Shown here: positions 1 to 10,230 of the stretch, piece after piece
Layout of the letters: every line of letters starts with the position of its first letter
Numbering within the stretch: the first letter of the stretch is position 1
NCBI GenBank assembly: GCA_965217035.1
Contig: OZ244226.1
Coordinates: 1,036,146-1,100,145 of the forward strand
Source: Bacteriovoracaceae bacterium
GTDB taxonomy: Bacteria; Bdellovibrionota; Bacteriovoracia; Bacteriovoracales; Bacteriovoracaceae
Direction: 5' to 3'
DNA: 64,000 bases
Program-made: the position numbers and the translations under genes
The notes under the pieces: generated by a model
The model's database searches: none
Told to the model about the DNA's origin: nothing
Seen by the model: only the letters and a program-made list of their open reading frames with translations

Positions 1-873
1 ATTCTTGTTGTTGATAATATGCTCGAGATATTTACAGATAGAGAGTTCAGATACAAACACCTTCCTTATCGAATTAATTTTCAAGGATCTCTTCACAGTG
101 AGCTCTTTCAGATAACAAGAAATAGACCTAATCTTATTGTTTTCTCTTATGATCCTGACGTGAATAATTACAATGTTTTAAAAAATATTGTTTCTAAGGT
201 CAAAACAGCTGAGGGTTATGAACCCCATCTCGTAATCTTCAACTCAACAAAAGTAAATGATGAGCTGATGACTTTTATTAATTACGATAAAGTCCTTTCT
301 GATGGAGGACCACTCAATTGGGATCTTGTAAAAAAAATGGCTGCAGTTCTCAAAGAAAAAGCGAACGACCCACCTGAAGGAATTAGTTTTGTTCACGGGA
401 ATAATCCTGGTAATGTCCTTCAAATGGAAAGGGATATAAAAATCCTTAGAGTCAATGAGAAGGAACTTTATCTTGAATGCTTAAGCAATATTCCGATGTA
501 CACTGTTTTTCGATTAGAAACTCCTGTAAAGATGCTCTTGACGATTGTTCCTATATCTGAAAATCACGAATTTAATAGTACTCCAAATGTTTATAGAGGA
601 CTCATTAATCTTGTTGCTGATGAACACACTCAAAGACTTAGAGTGAGAATAAAGGATTATCTTTTTCAAGAAAAAGCAGAACTGAAAGAACAAGACCGAG
701 AAGAACAAGAGCGTAAAAAAGAAGAATACCAATTAAAAAAGGAAGAAGCTCGAAAAATAGAAGAAGCAAAAAAAGCTGAAGAGACTGAAAAAGCTGAAGC
801 CCAAGCAGCAGAAGAAGCGAAAGAAATTGTACAGGGCGATCCAGACCAAAGAAACACTGAAGAGTCCGAGTAA
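1..873 (+). CDS. Hypothetical protein, probably 5'-truncated by the window edge; charged coiled-coil C-terminus
   Basis: Frame is open from base 1 (ILVVDNM...) into the 19..873 ORF; E/K/A-rich tail. Confidence 0.6.
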   Translation: MLVVDNMLEIFTDREFRYKHLPYRINFQGSLHSELFQITRNRPNLIVFSYDPDVNNYNVLKNIVSKVKTAEGYEPHLVIFNSTKVNDELMTFINYDKVLSDGGPLNWDLVKKMAAVLKEKANDPPEGISFVHGNNPGNVLQMERDIKILRVNEKELYLECLSNIPMYTVFRLETPVKMLLTIVPISENHEFNSTPNVYRGLINLVADEHTQRLRVRIKDYLFQEKAELKEQDREEQERKKEEYQLKKEEARKIEEAKKAEETEKAEAQAAEEAKEIVQGDPDQRNTEESE

Positions 874-875
874 GA

Positions 876-2687
876 TTATCTTTTCACGTGTCTTTGATTC
901 GCAGCTAGAACTTTTTTTCGAATTCGAATATTTGCAGGAGTGACTTCAACCCATTCATCATCATCAATCCATCCAAGGGCCCAATCAAGAGATCTCTCCT
1001 TAATCGGAGGAAGAATTATATTTTCGTCCTTACCTGCTGTTCTTACACTACTGAGATGTTTTTCCCGACAGCAGTTTACATTAAGATCGTTATTACGAGT
1101 GTGCTCTCCAATTACCATACCCTCATAGACAATTTCGCCGGGTTTTACAAACTGCTTACCTGATGAAAGAAGATTGAAGAGAGCATAGGGTGTTGTTTTC
1201 CCGGCCCTATCAGAAATAAGAGCCCCATTAGTTCTTGCAAGCATTTTCCCAAGATGATTTCGATACTCTAAAAAATAAGAACTCATCAAGCCTTGTCCAC
1301 GAGTCAAAGTTAAGAAATGATTTCTGAAACCAATAATTCCTCTCGAAGGAATTTCAAACTCAAGCTTGGCCCTTCCTTCACCAAAAGGTTGCATATGACT
1401 CATAATCCCTTTTCTCTCAGCAAGTGCTTCTGTCACCGCTCCAGTTGAATCTTCGGGTACATCCAGTACCACTTTTTCAAAAGGCTCTAGTTCGATACCA
1501 TTTTCCTCTTTGAAGATGACACTTGGTCTTGCAACCATCAATTCAAACCCCTCGCGACGAATCTCTTCAAAGACAATCGCAAGTTGAAGCTCTCCACGAC
1601 CTTTCAATTTGAATATCTTTGGATCTTCTGTTGTCTCATATTTGAGTGCAACATTATTCCGACAAGCTTTTTCAAGGAATTCCTCTAACTTTCGACTTGT
1701 TAAATACTCCCCTTCTTTCCCTGCCACAGGAGAAGTATTGACTGAAACATTCACAGAAACAGTTGGAGGTTCTATTTCAATTCTCGGCAGGGCATTTTCC
1801 ACTTCAAGCGCAGAGAGAGTATCTCCAATTTCCGCATCCTTAAATCCAGCAAGACTTACGATTTCACCGGCTGAAGTTGAGTCGACCGGCTCCTGCGTAA
1901 GACCTTTAAAAATCTGAATCTCAGAAACCTTAAACTGAGATTTCTTTTCTTTTCCAAAAATTCTAATTTGAGAGTTTTTTTGAACAGTTCCTGATAAAAC
2001 TTTTCCAACCATCAAAGTTCCAAGATAGTTTGAGTAAGCTAAATTTGTAACTAACATTGAAAAAGGTTTGTCTTGATCTACTTTTGGAAGTGGATAATAA
2101 TTCGAGACGAAAAGATCAAGAAGTGGATTCAAATTACCAGATCTCGCTGAAGCATCATCACTCGCATAACCATCTCTTCCCGAACCATATAAAAATGGGA
2201 TATCCATATCGTAATCATCAAGCTCGTTCTCAGTAACGAGATCAAGAATCAAATCTTCCATCTCTGTTTTTACTTCTTGATGCCGTTCATCTGATCGATC
2301 AATTTTATTAATCATTACTGCCACCTTAAGATTTCTCTCTAAGGCTTTTTGAAGAACAAAACGAGTTTGCGGTAACGGTCCCTCTGAAGCATCAACCAGA
2401 ACACAGACCCCATCAACCATCATTAGAGATCTTTCAACCTCACCACCAAAATCTGCGTGTCCAGGGGTATCAATTATATTAATTTTTATATCTTTCCAAT
2501 TAATAGAACAGTTCTTCGCAGTAATTGTGATCCCTCTCTCTTTTTCAAGATCACCGGAGTCCATAACTCGCTCTGAAACTTCCTCACCTTGTCGAAAAAG
2601 TCCAGCTTGCTGAAAGATCTGATCAATGAGTGTCGTTTTACCATGATCAACGTGAGCAACAATCGCAATATTCTTAATAGTAGTCAT
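876..2687 (-). CDS. typA: Translational GTPase TypA/BipA
   Basis: NIAIVAHVDHGKTT, ERGITI, DTPGHADFGGEVER, NKID, RGELQL, C-terminal EVTP..IRIRK. Confidence 0.97.
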   Translation of the reverse strand: MTTIKNIAIVAHVDHGKTTLIDQIFQQAGLFRQGEEVSERVMDSGDLEKERGITITAKNCSINWKDIKINIIDTPGHADFGGEVERSLMMVDGVCVLVDASEGPLPQTRFVLQKALERNLKVAVMINKIDRSDERHQEVKTEMEDLILDLVTENELDDYDMDIPFLYGSGRDGYASDDASARSGNLNPLLDLFVSNYYPLPKVDQDKPFSMLVTNLAYSNYLGTLMVGKVLSGTVQKNSQIRIFGKEKKSQFKVSEIQIFKGLTQEPVDSTSAGEIVSLAGFKDAEIGDTLSALEVENALPRIEIEPPTVSVNVSVNTSPVAGKEGEYLTSRKLEEFLEKACRNNVALKYETTEDPKIFKLKGRGELQLAIVFEEIRREGFELMVARPSVIFKEENGIELEPFEKVVLDVPEDSTGAVTEALAERKGIMSHMQPFGEGRAKLEFEIPSRGIIGFRNHFLTLTRGQGLMSSYFLEYRNHLGKMLARTNGALISDRAGKTTPYALFNLLSSGKQFVKPGEIVYEGMVIGEHTRNNDLNVNCCREKHLSSVRTAGKDENIILPPIKERSLDWALGWIDDDEWVEVTPANIRIRKKVLAANQRHVKR

Positions 2688-2745
2688 AATCCACCGAATG
2701 TTAGGTATTAGGTCATCCTAACAGAAAGAGTGGAGTATTATAAGT

Positions 2746-3381
2746 CTAAAGAGGAGGGAATTTATCTTTATTCTCTCGAGCAAATTGCAGATGGGCCTCA
2801 ACTGACAGTTTTAGGGCATCCGCGACAATTTCCACACTGAAGTCCTCTTCTGTCTTACACTTTTCCTTCATCAGGGTTGTGTTAAGAACTACGCCAAAAT
2901 GGAATAATTGAGAAAAAGTCATCTTCATCACCCATCTCATTCCTTCATCAGTAGCATCGCTTCCTAGGTCTTTTTGAATGCTTTTCAGAAAAACCTCTTG
3001 ACCCGGAGGACCAAAACGCTCACTGTTGTCGAGGCTCAAATTCTCTTCGGGCTTGTTAATATTATCGGATAAGAAAATCTTAAAGGTATTCATCATCATA
3101 GCTCCACTATTGATGAAGAAATCAAAGACTTCATAAGCTAAGTCGACAGTTGAAAGTTCTTTCTCACCAATTTTCTCAATTCCCGTTTTCAACCAATCAT
3201 AATTATAATCAAAGACTTTCCAATAAAGATTGTCTTTGTTCTTGAAATGATAATTAATCGCTGCAAGGTTCACTCCAGCTTGTTGAGCAATTTCTCTAAC
3301 GGATGTTCCACCAAAACCTTTTTTGGCAAAAAGTTCACTCGCTACCTCTAGAATTTTTTCTTTGGTTCCTTGAGTATCCAT
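2746..3381 (-). CDS. TetR/AcrR family transcriptional regulator
   Basis: N-terminal HTH ILEVASELFAKKGFGGTSVREIAQQAGVNLAAINYHFKNK; last gene of efflux operon. Confidence 0.93.
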   Translation of the reverse strand: MDTQGTKEKILEVASELFAKKGFGGTSVREIAQQAGVNLAAINYHFKNKDNLYWKVFDYNYDWLKTGIEKIGEKELSTVDLAYEVFDFFINSGAMMMNTFKIFLSDNINKPEENLSLDNSERFGPPGQEVFLKSIQKDLGSDATDEGMRWVMKMTFSQLFHFGVVLNTTLMKEKCKTEEDFSVEIVADALKLSVEAHLQFARENKDKFPPL

Positions 3382-6300
3382 TACGGATGAACCGCCTTAC
3401 CTGCTGGAGCAGATCTTTCATCAACCTTACTTTTTCTACTAAACTTCCTTCTTATAAAACCATCAAAGTCTTCTAAAATTGCATAAGCTGCTGGAACCCA
3501 AACAAGGGTAAGGATCGTCCCTGAGGTGAGTCCCCATGCCATCGCAAGAGTCATCGGAATTAACAGAGCGTCATTACCTCCGATTCCATAAGCAGTAGGA
3601 AGAAGACCACTAATCGTTGTTAAGCTAGTGACAAAAACTGCTCTTAACCTCATTCCTGAAGCTCGAACAAGAATCTCATTGAGTGTCAGTTCTCCTTCGG
3701 CCCTCATTTCATCAATAAAACTAATGAGAACAATTCCTGAGTTCACAATGATTCCCCCCAGTCCAATTATTCCAATCAATGCTAGAAAAGAAATAGGTCG
3801 ACCGTGAAGAAAAAAGGCTACAGAGAATCCAAGAAGTCCAAGCGGAATCGTTGTCATAATAATCGCTGGTCTTAAATAAGATTTAAAAAGGAAAACAAGA
3901 AGTGCAAAAATTCCGATTAAACTAAGTTTTAATGCAGAAAAGAGAGAAGTCATTGATTCATTTGTTGATTCTTGAGCTCCTCCAAATACTAAACTAACAC
4001 CAGGATATTCACTTTCTAGGGATTCAAACTCTTTCATTAAGACTTGATTAGCCTTCATTGATGTTGTTTTTGTTGTATCAACATCCCCTGTGAGAGTTTT
4101 TGATCTTTTAAAGTCATATCTTTTAATTTGAGGAGTTCCATTTTCAACCCGAAATTTAGCGATTGTTCCAAGAGGTACTAAGTTCCCTTTCGGATCCAGA
4201 ATAATGATATTCTCTAAATCCTTTACACCTACTCTATTATTCTCAGCAAACCTAACAATGAGATCAACATCTTTATTATCGAGAGTCACATTTGATACTC
4301 TATTCCCTGACACAGCTGCTCTAAGAGTTGAACCGATTTGAGCAACATCAATTCCAATTCTTGCTGCTTTAGCATAATCGATATCAACGAAAACTTCATC
4401 ATCTCCAATAATGTCATTTACCTTAAGATTTTCAACACCATCAATTGTACCCATTTTCTCTTTAATCTTTGAGATAATATTATTGAGGTCTTCTTCCGAG
4501 TTTGAACGGAATGTGGCTTCGATAGCATTACCAACCGGAGGCCCATTTACTAATTCTTCAAAAGAAAGACTTTCCACATAGTCTGGCTTTATCGTTTTAA
4601 GATCTTTTAGGACATCAGTATAAACTCGGTTATATTTTGCATACTCACTTACATAAAGCGTGAGCATTCCAATATTATTCCCTTCTTGAGCTTTTGGGTC
4701 ACTTGGCCCCATTGTAGAAGCCCCTGCTCTAGCAACAATGTGGATAACATCATCTTGAAGAACATTTTTAACTTCTTTTGTTAGCTCTTCAAGTTTTCGA
4801 TGAGTTTCTTCCAAGCGAGTTCCTTTTGGCATTTCTACTCGGGCAATATAAATTTCAGTTTGATCAGCAGGAAAGAGAATGAATTGATTCGCTCCCACCA
4901 TCATAAAAAGTGAAAAAGCAACAAGGGCTCCAAAGACCAACGAAACAATGTATCGACGCTTCACGATTACTGCCATGAATTTCTCAAATTTCTTTTCAAA
5001 TTTTACAAACCAATCCGAGTCTTTCCCCTCATCTTTAAACTTCATATTCTTTCCTGCCCAAGTCAGTCTCATAGGGAGAAAAAAGAAAGATTCTAATAGA
5101 GAAAGAATAAGAGCAATTGTAACAACAATCGGAATCCATTTAATGAATTGCCCCATCACTCCTTTTGTAACAAGCATTGGGAGAAAGGCGGCAATGGTTG
5201 TGAAGGCCGTCGCTGTAATTGGTAACCATAAACTTTCGATTGATTTCGAAGCAGCATCAAGAGCCGATAAACCTTCTCTTCGAAGCCTCGTAAAGTTTTC
5301 ACTAATGACAACTGAATTATCAACCATCATTCCCAGTGCAATAACCAAAGCGAGAACAGTAATTGCATCAATATTCATGTCAAAATTAGGCATAAGTCCT
5401 AAAGTTCCCATCATAGCCAGTGGAAGAGAGAGTGAAGCAACAGCTCCAATTTTTCCAGGGAGAAAGAAGAAAAGGAAAACAACAACAAGAATAAGACCTG
5501 TAATCGCATTACTTGAAAGAACATCTACTCTGTCTTTGACTTTCTGACCTTCTGATGCGTAGACATTAAAAATATAATCAGGATTTCTTTTTATATAATC
5601 TGCAAGTACTGTATCTAACTCTTTAACCATTTGAATCGTATCAGCACCTGCTTTCTTATTAACAATTAATAGAGTTGAATCTTGTCCATTATAACGAGTC
5701 AAAGTTTTTATTTCCTCTTCTGAGTCTGAAACTTTTGCTACATCTTTTAGGAAAATAGTGCTTCCCGTAAAATTTGAACGAATGACTATGTTTTTAATTT
5801 CTTCAGCTGAGTTGATTTTTCCTTCAACTCGAACAAGCTGTTGAGAAGAAATACTTTTCAATGCTCCCCCTGGAGTATTTGTATTTCGGCTTCGAATTTT
5901 ATTTAAAACTTCCGTTACCGAAATATGCATTTCTTTTAACCGTTTTAGATCAAGAAATATATCAAAAGCTCTTTCCTTATAACCAACAAGTCGAACACCT
6001 TTAACAGAGCGGTTATCTTCAAACTCTTCTTTAAGTCGATCAGCAATAAGATCTCTCTTTCTGTTTTCATTCGTTCCCGTAATTGCTAATTCAATTACTG
6101 GAAATTCATCACTCTTGAGCTCGGTAAACTTTGGAGGATCTTTTAGGTCTTTAGGGAGATCGGTCACTCTGTCTACTGATTTTTGAATTTCGTCCATTGC
6201 TTCATCGACATCAACTTTAGGATCGTCCATATCAACCCGAACAGTAATTGTAGAAAGACCTGCTTGAGAAGTTGAACGAACATCTTTAAGACCGTTTACG

Positions 6301-6521
6301 CCTCTTATCTCATCTTCAAGTGGCTTAGTAATTTTAGTCTCAATATCACTTGCTGTTGCTCCATCATAAACAGTAACAACAGTCGCTGTTGCAAAGGAAA
6401 CTGCGGGATAACTTTCAGCGTTCATTGTTTTCAAACCTTCATAACCGAAAATTGCAAGCCCAATGGAAAGAACGATTGTTAATTTAGAATTTTCAATAAA
6501 GAATTTAGATATATTTTTCAT
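3381..6521 (-). CDS. RND efflux transporter permease (AcrB/AcrD/AcrF family)
   Basis: 1046 aa, two TM clusters, GMMVDNSVVISEN, RLRAVFVTSLTT. Confidence 0.93.
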   Translation of the reverse strand: MKNISKFFIENSKLTIVLSIGLAIFGYEGLKTMNAESYPAVSFATATVVTVYDGATASDIETKITKPLEDEIRGVNGLKDVRSTSQAGLSTITVRVDMDDPKVDVDEAMDEIQKSVDRVTDLPKDLKDPPKFTELKSDEFPVIELAITGTNENRKRDLIADRLKEEFEDNRSVKGVRLVGYKERAFDIFLDLKRLKEMHISVTEVLNKIRSRNTNTPGGALKSISSQQLVRVEGKINSAEEIKNIVIRSNFTGSTIFLKDVAKVSDSEEEIKTLTRYNGQDSTLLIVNKKAGADTIQMVKELDTVLADYIKRNPDYIFNVYASEGQKVKDRVDVLSSNAITGLILVVVFLFFFLPGKIGAVASLSLPLAMMGTLGLMPNFDMNIDAITVLALVIALGMMVDNSVVISENFTRLRREGLSALDAASKSIESLWLPITATAFTTIAAFLPMLVTKGVMGQFIKWIPIVVTIALILSLLESFFFLPMRLTWAGKNMKFKDEGKDSDWFVKFEKKFEKFMAVIVKRRYIVSLVFGALVAFSLFMMVGANQFILFPADQTEIYIARVEMPKGTRLEETHRKLEELTKEVKNVLQDDVIHIVARAGASTMGPSDPKAQEGNNIGMLTLYVSEYAKYNRVYTDVLKDLKTIKPDYVESLSFEELVNGPPVGNAIEATFRSNSEEDLNNIISKIKEKMGTIDGVENLKVNDIIGDDEVFVDIDYAKAARIGIDVAQIGSTLRAAVSGNRVSNVTLDNKDVDLIVRFAENNRVGVKDLENIIILDPKGNLVPLGTIAKFRVENGTPQIKRYDFKRSKTLTGDVDTTKTTSMKANQVLMKEFESLESEYPGVSLVFGGAQESTNESMTSLFSALKLSLIGIFALLVFLFKSYLRPAIIMTTIPLGLLGFSVAFFLHGRPISFLALIGIIGLGGIIVNSGIVLISFIDEMRAEGELTLNEILVRASGMRLRAVFVTSLTTISGLLPTAYGIGGNDALLIPMTLAMAWGLTSGTILTLVWVPAAYAILEDFDGFIRRKFSRKSKVDERSAPAGKAVHP

Positions 6522-7975
6522 AATTTAACTCCGTTAAGCTTGCACGGAAAATCCGGAAAAACCGCAAAGTAATCCATTAAAGTAATGATAACAGTTAGGT
6601 TTGTATCGATCTCATCTAATTGAGACTGTAAATGAGAGTCTTGTTCGCTGATAAGCTCTTGAACACTTATTCTCGCTTGCTTGTATTTCTTTTGCGAAAC
6701 TTTCAAACTTTTCTTCAAGTAAAGATTTGTCTCTTTCTGATTATCAACAACCTGCTTTAGAATTTTAATAATATCTGCTGTTTCAGTGTGATAGGATTTG
6801 ATTTTATAAAGCCGACTTCTCATTTCAGCTTGGTACAAGTTATCAGTGAGCTTTCTCTTGATATCTTCTGTTTCGCTTTTGCTGCCACCAATGGGAATTG
6901 AAACTTGAATTCCAATACTTCTTCTCGCTCGACCATCACTAGAAAGAGTGTCCCTAGCAGCATCAAATCCAATATCACGACCTATATCAAAATAGGACCC
7001 TACGAGCTTTATATCAGGAGAATTTATCGTATCATCAATTTTTTTCTCGTATCTTTCTTCTTGCTCTAGGTAATTGATAATCTCATCATAAGGGGTAAAC
7101 TGCTCAGGAGCTTCAGGAAATGAACGAATTTTAGCAGAACAAATAATAACATCTTTAATTGTCTTAGGAACACTATACGTTCCAATCGTAATATTACGTC
7201 CATTTAATTCAGGAATGAGCTCTTTGAGAGTTCTTATGATTCCTCCTCTTTGGTAAGTCAGTGAAAGTAGACTTGACCTTCTACTTGAAAGTTGTGATCG
7301 ATACCGAGCAACCTCTCCAGAATCGGCAACTCTAGATTTATTTCGTTTCACTGATTCTTTATATTGTTTTTCAGCTGAAGAAACGAGAGATTTTAACAAT
7401 TTTCTCTTCTCTTCTATCGCAACAAGATTCCAATAAAGTTTTCTTAAATTCGCTTCAAAGGTTTTTATCCCAATCTTTTTTTCAAGCTCAGCTCTCTTCA
7501 TCTCAAATTCAGATTTCTTAAGATTTGAATTTGTACTTCTTCCTAAAAAATCTTTGAAAAGGTCCAAAGAAAGTTCAACTCCAACACCCGAAGTTGCTGC
7601 ATCGGTGATAAAAGGATTTGTGATCTTACTTCCAAAACTTTTGACACCAAGATTCATCCCATATTGAGTTGGCTTTACCAAGCCAACAGAATATTCAGTC
7701 GCTCTTTGAGTCACTCCACCATCAAAGCCATTAAGAGGTCTTTCCTTTGATCGAAAAAGACTCCCTTCAGCTTCTAGTCTTAATGTTAATGCATCCCTGA
7801 TACTGGAAGCTTTTTGTTGAGCTCCAAGGTAACTGGCCTCAATTTGCTGTAAACTTGGCGGATTTTTCAGGATGTACTGGCTGATTTGGTCTTCGTTGAA
7901 TAGTACTTTTGCACTAGACTTAGCCCATAAAGCAGAAGAAATCCCTAATAAAATCGATAAGATAGAAAGTTTCAT
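6518..7975 (-). CDS. TolC-family outer membrane efflux protein
   Basis: Signal peptide, 485 aa, helical segments alternating with beta-strand-like segments, overlaps RND start. Confidence 0.8.
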   Translation of the reverse strand: MKLSILSILLGISSALWAKSSAKVLFNEDQISQYILKNPPSLQQIEASYLGAQQKASSIRDALTLRLEAEGSLFRSKERPLNGFDGGVTQRATEYSVGLVKPTQYGMNLGVKSFGSKITNPFITDAATSGVGVELSLDLFKDFLGRSTNSNLKKSEFEMKRAELEKKIGIKTFEANLRKLYWNLVAIEEKRKLLKSLVSSAEKQYKESVKRNKSRVADSGEVARYRSQLSSRRSSLLSLTYQRGGIIRTLKELIPELNGRNITIGTYSVPKTIKDVIICSAKIRSFPEAPEQFTPYDEIINYLEQEERYEKKIDDTINSPDIKLVGSYFDIGRDIGFDAARDTLSSDGRARRSIGIQVSIPIGGSKSETEDIKRKLTDNLYQAEMRSRLYKIKSYHTETADIIKILKQVVDNQKETNLYLKKSLKVSQKKYKQARISVQELISEQDSHLQSQLDEIDTNLTVIITLMDYFAVFPDFPCKLNGVKL

Positions 7976-7977
7976 TA

Positions 7978-8010
7978 TTAAACCCTTGTTTGATTCAAAC
8001 GTTTGTTTGA
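7978..8010. promoter_or_regulatory. Tandem palindromic operators, probably bound by the TetR
   Basis: TCAAAC-GTTT-GTTTGA (7995-8010) and TTAAAC-CCTT-GTTTGA (7978-7993) directly upstream of the tolC-like start. Confidence 0.6.
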
Positions 8011-8047
8011 TTTTATGTAATAAAGGAAAATTTGCAAGGATTATTTA

Positions 8048-8923
8048 GGGCGTGTCTTCAAAGTTAGAAGGGTCTGAGAAAATGTAAGGCCTTTTAAGGT
8101 CATTTATCTTGGCCATTGATCATAATTCTACTTTCATAGATCTATGAAAACAACAGAACGATTATTTTTAACAAACACTATGTGGAAAAAAATAGAACCT
8201 CTTTTACCAGCTGAACGTGGTCGCTGCGCTCGTCCCTCAAAATGTAACCGAACAATGCTTGAAGGAATGATTTGGAAGCTTAGAGTCGGTTGTCCCTGGA
8301 GAGATCTCCCTGTTGAGTTTGGTCCTTGGCAATCAGTTTACACTCGTTTTAATCGTTGGTCAGAATCAGGAATCTTCCAAGAAGTTTTTGTTCTGATTAA
8401 AGACAAGTTAACAAAGCAAAACGTTGCCTTGGATTCAAGTATTGTTCGAGCTCATCAACATGCTCATGGTGCTCGAAAAAAAATGGTGATCAGAAGATAG
8501 GAAAAAGCTCAGGTGGTCCCACAACAAAGATTCACCTTTTAACAGACAGCTACGGTAATCCGGAGATCATTAAATTAAGTCCAGGCAATATTCATGACAT
8601 TGATACCGCGTATGAATTTATTGAAGAGTTACCCGATCAAGTCGAGCAACTTCTTGCTGATAAAGGTTATGATGCAGATTTGTTCAGAAAGTCACTCGAA
8701 GCGAGAGGAGTAAGTCCTGTTATTCCAGGAAGAAGAAGTCGAAAGAAGGAGATTGTTTACGACAAGGAACTTTATAGAGACAGACATGTTGTCGAGAATT
8801 CTTTTTGTAACTTAAAGCAATTTAGGTCGATTGCAATGAGATTTGAAAAGCTTGCTCGAAACTATATGACCATGGTTTTACTGGGAGCGATTCTTATGTG
8901 GAGTAAACTTTGAAAACACGCCC
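8048..8923 (+). mobile_element. IS5-family insertion sequence (IS427-like), 876 bp
   Basis: 18-bp terminal inverted repeats GGGCGTGTCTTCAAAGTT (8048-8065) / AACTTTGAAAACACGCCC (8906-8923) with 1 mismatch; TA on both flanks (8046-47, 8924-25). Confidence 0.92.
8144..8913 (+). CDS. IS5-family transposase, orfA+orfB joined by a -1 frameshift
   Basis: orfA has GCPWRDLP..FGPWQSVYTRFNRWS and ALDSSIVRAHQHA; A8 run at 8476-8483; -1 frame reads KNGDQKIGKSSGGPTTKIH...LLADKGYD...RHVVENSFCNLKQFRSIAMRFEK. Confidence 0.9.
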
Positions 8924-9129
8924 TAGTGAAAAATGAAAATTTTTTGAATTAAAGCAGTTTTGAATCAAAAAAAGATAGAGGTAACGAACCGAGGGGCTTA
9001 TCTCCATAAATACTACCCTTTTAGATTTTGCCTAAATTCAAAATAAATAGAAGTTTTTCGACTAGTTAGCTCTAGTATCACTAACGTCCCCCTAAAACTT
9101 CAAATCTAAAAATAGAATATTCTAATTTT

Positions 9130-9975
9130 ATGAAAATTTTATTATTTATCTTATTAATATTTGGATTTGAAGCCTCCGCAGAAATACGAGTGATGACTTT
9201 TAATACAACATGTTCTCTTTGTAATAAAAAACAATATGATAAGTTTCGCTATAGAAAACATTGGATTCTTGACACTATCAAGAGAGCTGACCCAGATCTC
9301 ATTTCTCTACAGGAAGTTCTTTTACCAATTCAATTAAGGTGGTTTCGAAAAAGATTAAAAGAATATAAACCCATCTTTTTCAGAAAACTTCTTATCTTCC
9401 GATATCCTGACCCTACTCTTTTTGTTAAAAAGGATAAATTTGAAGTTCTTTCAAAAAACGGATTTTGGCTTGGTCCCTTATGGGGGAAATTTTCTTTTGG
9501 CTGGAAAATAAGCCTACCTCGAAGAGTTCAATATACTCTTCTCAAAGATAGAGAGACTGGAAGAAAATTTTATTTTGCTGGTTCTCACTTTGATAATGCA
9601 GATAAAAACAAGAATAAGTCAGCAAAAATGCTGATTAAGCGATCAAAAAAAACGGAACTTCCAATTCTTTTTGCAGCTGATACTAATTTGAAACCTAGTG
9701 ATAAAGGTTATTCAACTCTAATGGAAAGATTTAATGACAGCTTTGACTATGCAGAAAAAATTAGCTTTCTAAGAAACAGTGATACAAGCGAAAATGATGC
9801 ATGTAATGTCGAAAAGGGACTTATCTTTCCAGAATGTAGAGTTGATCACGTAATGACCTCTAAAGGGCATACTTGGTCTGCTTCAAACTGGGTCATTGAT
9901 TTATATAAATATGGAAAGAACCAAAAGTTTACTTCTGATCATCGAGCACTTTATGTTGATCTAAAACTTAATTAG
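9130..9975 (+). CDS. Secreted endonuclease/exonuclease/phosphatase (EEP) family protein
   Basis: Signal peptide; VMTFN, PDLISLQE, H-FD, ADTN, RVDHV, SDHRAL motifs. Confidence 0.88.
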   Translation: MKILLFILLIFGFEASAEIRVMTFNTTCSLCNKKQYDKFRYRKHWILDTIKRADPDLISLQEVLLPIQLRWFRKRLKEYKPIFFRKLLIFRYPDPTLFVKKDKFEVLSKNGFWLGPLWGKFSFGWKISLPRRVQYTLLKDRETGRKFYFAGSHFDNADKNKNKSAKMLIKRSKKTELPILFAADTNLKPSDKGYSTLMERFNDSFDYAEKISFLRNSDTSENDACNVEKGLIFPECRVDHVMTSKGHTWSASNWVIDLYKYGKNQKFTSDHRALYVDLKLN

Positions 9976-10123
9976 CTCGATTTCAGCAGTATAAACTTAA
10001 CAGTCCTTTGCTAGTGGAGCTATCATCAGAATTAGGATCAAAGTTCTAGCTCATCTTCCAAAAGTCGAGCTCATTCGAGCCCTATCAATTAATCAACGTG
10101 ATATTGAATACTTATCATCGATA

Positions 10124-10140
10124 TGTCTAATTTTTAGACA
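10124..10140. promoter_or_regulatory. Perfect palindrome, candidate regulator-binding site
   Basis: TGTCTAA-TTT-TTAGACA about 90 bp upstream of the 10231 ORF. Confidence 0.4.
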
Positions 10141-10230
10141 ATATTTATAAAGTTTTCATTTACGATTTTATTTATCTTAAACACTGATACATTTAATTTA
10201 CATGTATTTATAAAAACGATGAGGCTTTAA

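Noticed and set aside
4948..5547. 199-aa ORF on + strand
   Set aside because: Antisense shadow of the RND TM region; no motif or RBS. The same applies to the other short ORFs nested in or antisense to well-supported genes.
8144..8913. Transposase pseudogene (two separate ORFs in the track)
   Set aside because: The split falls at an A8 run with a clean -1 continuation, the usual programmed arrangement in this IS5 subgroup.
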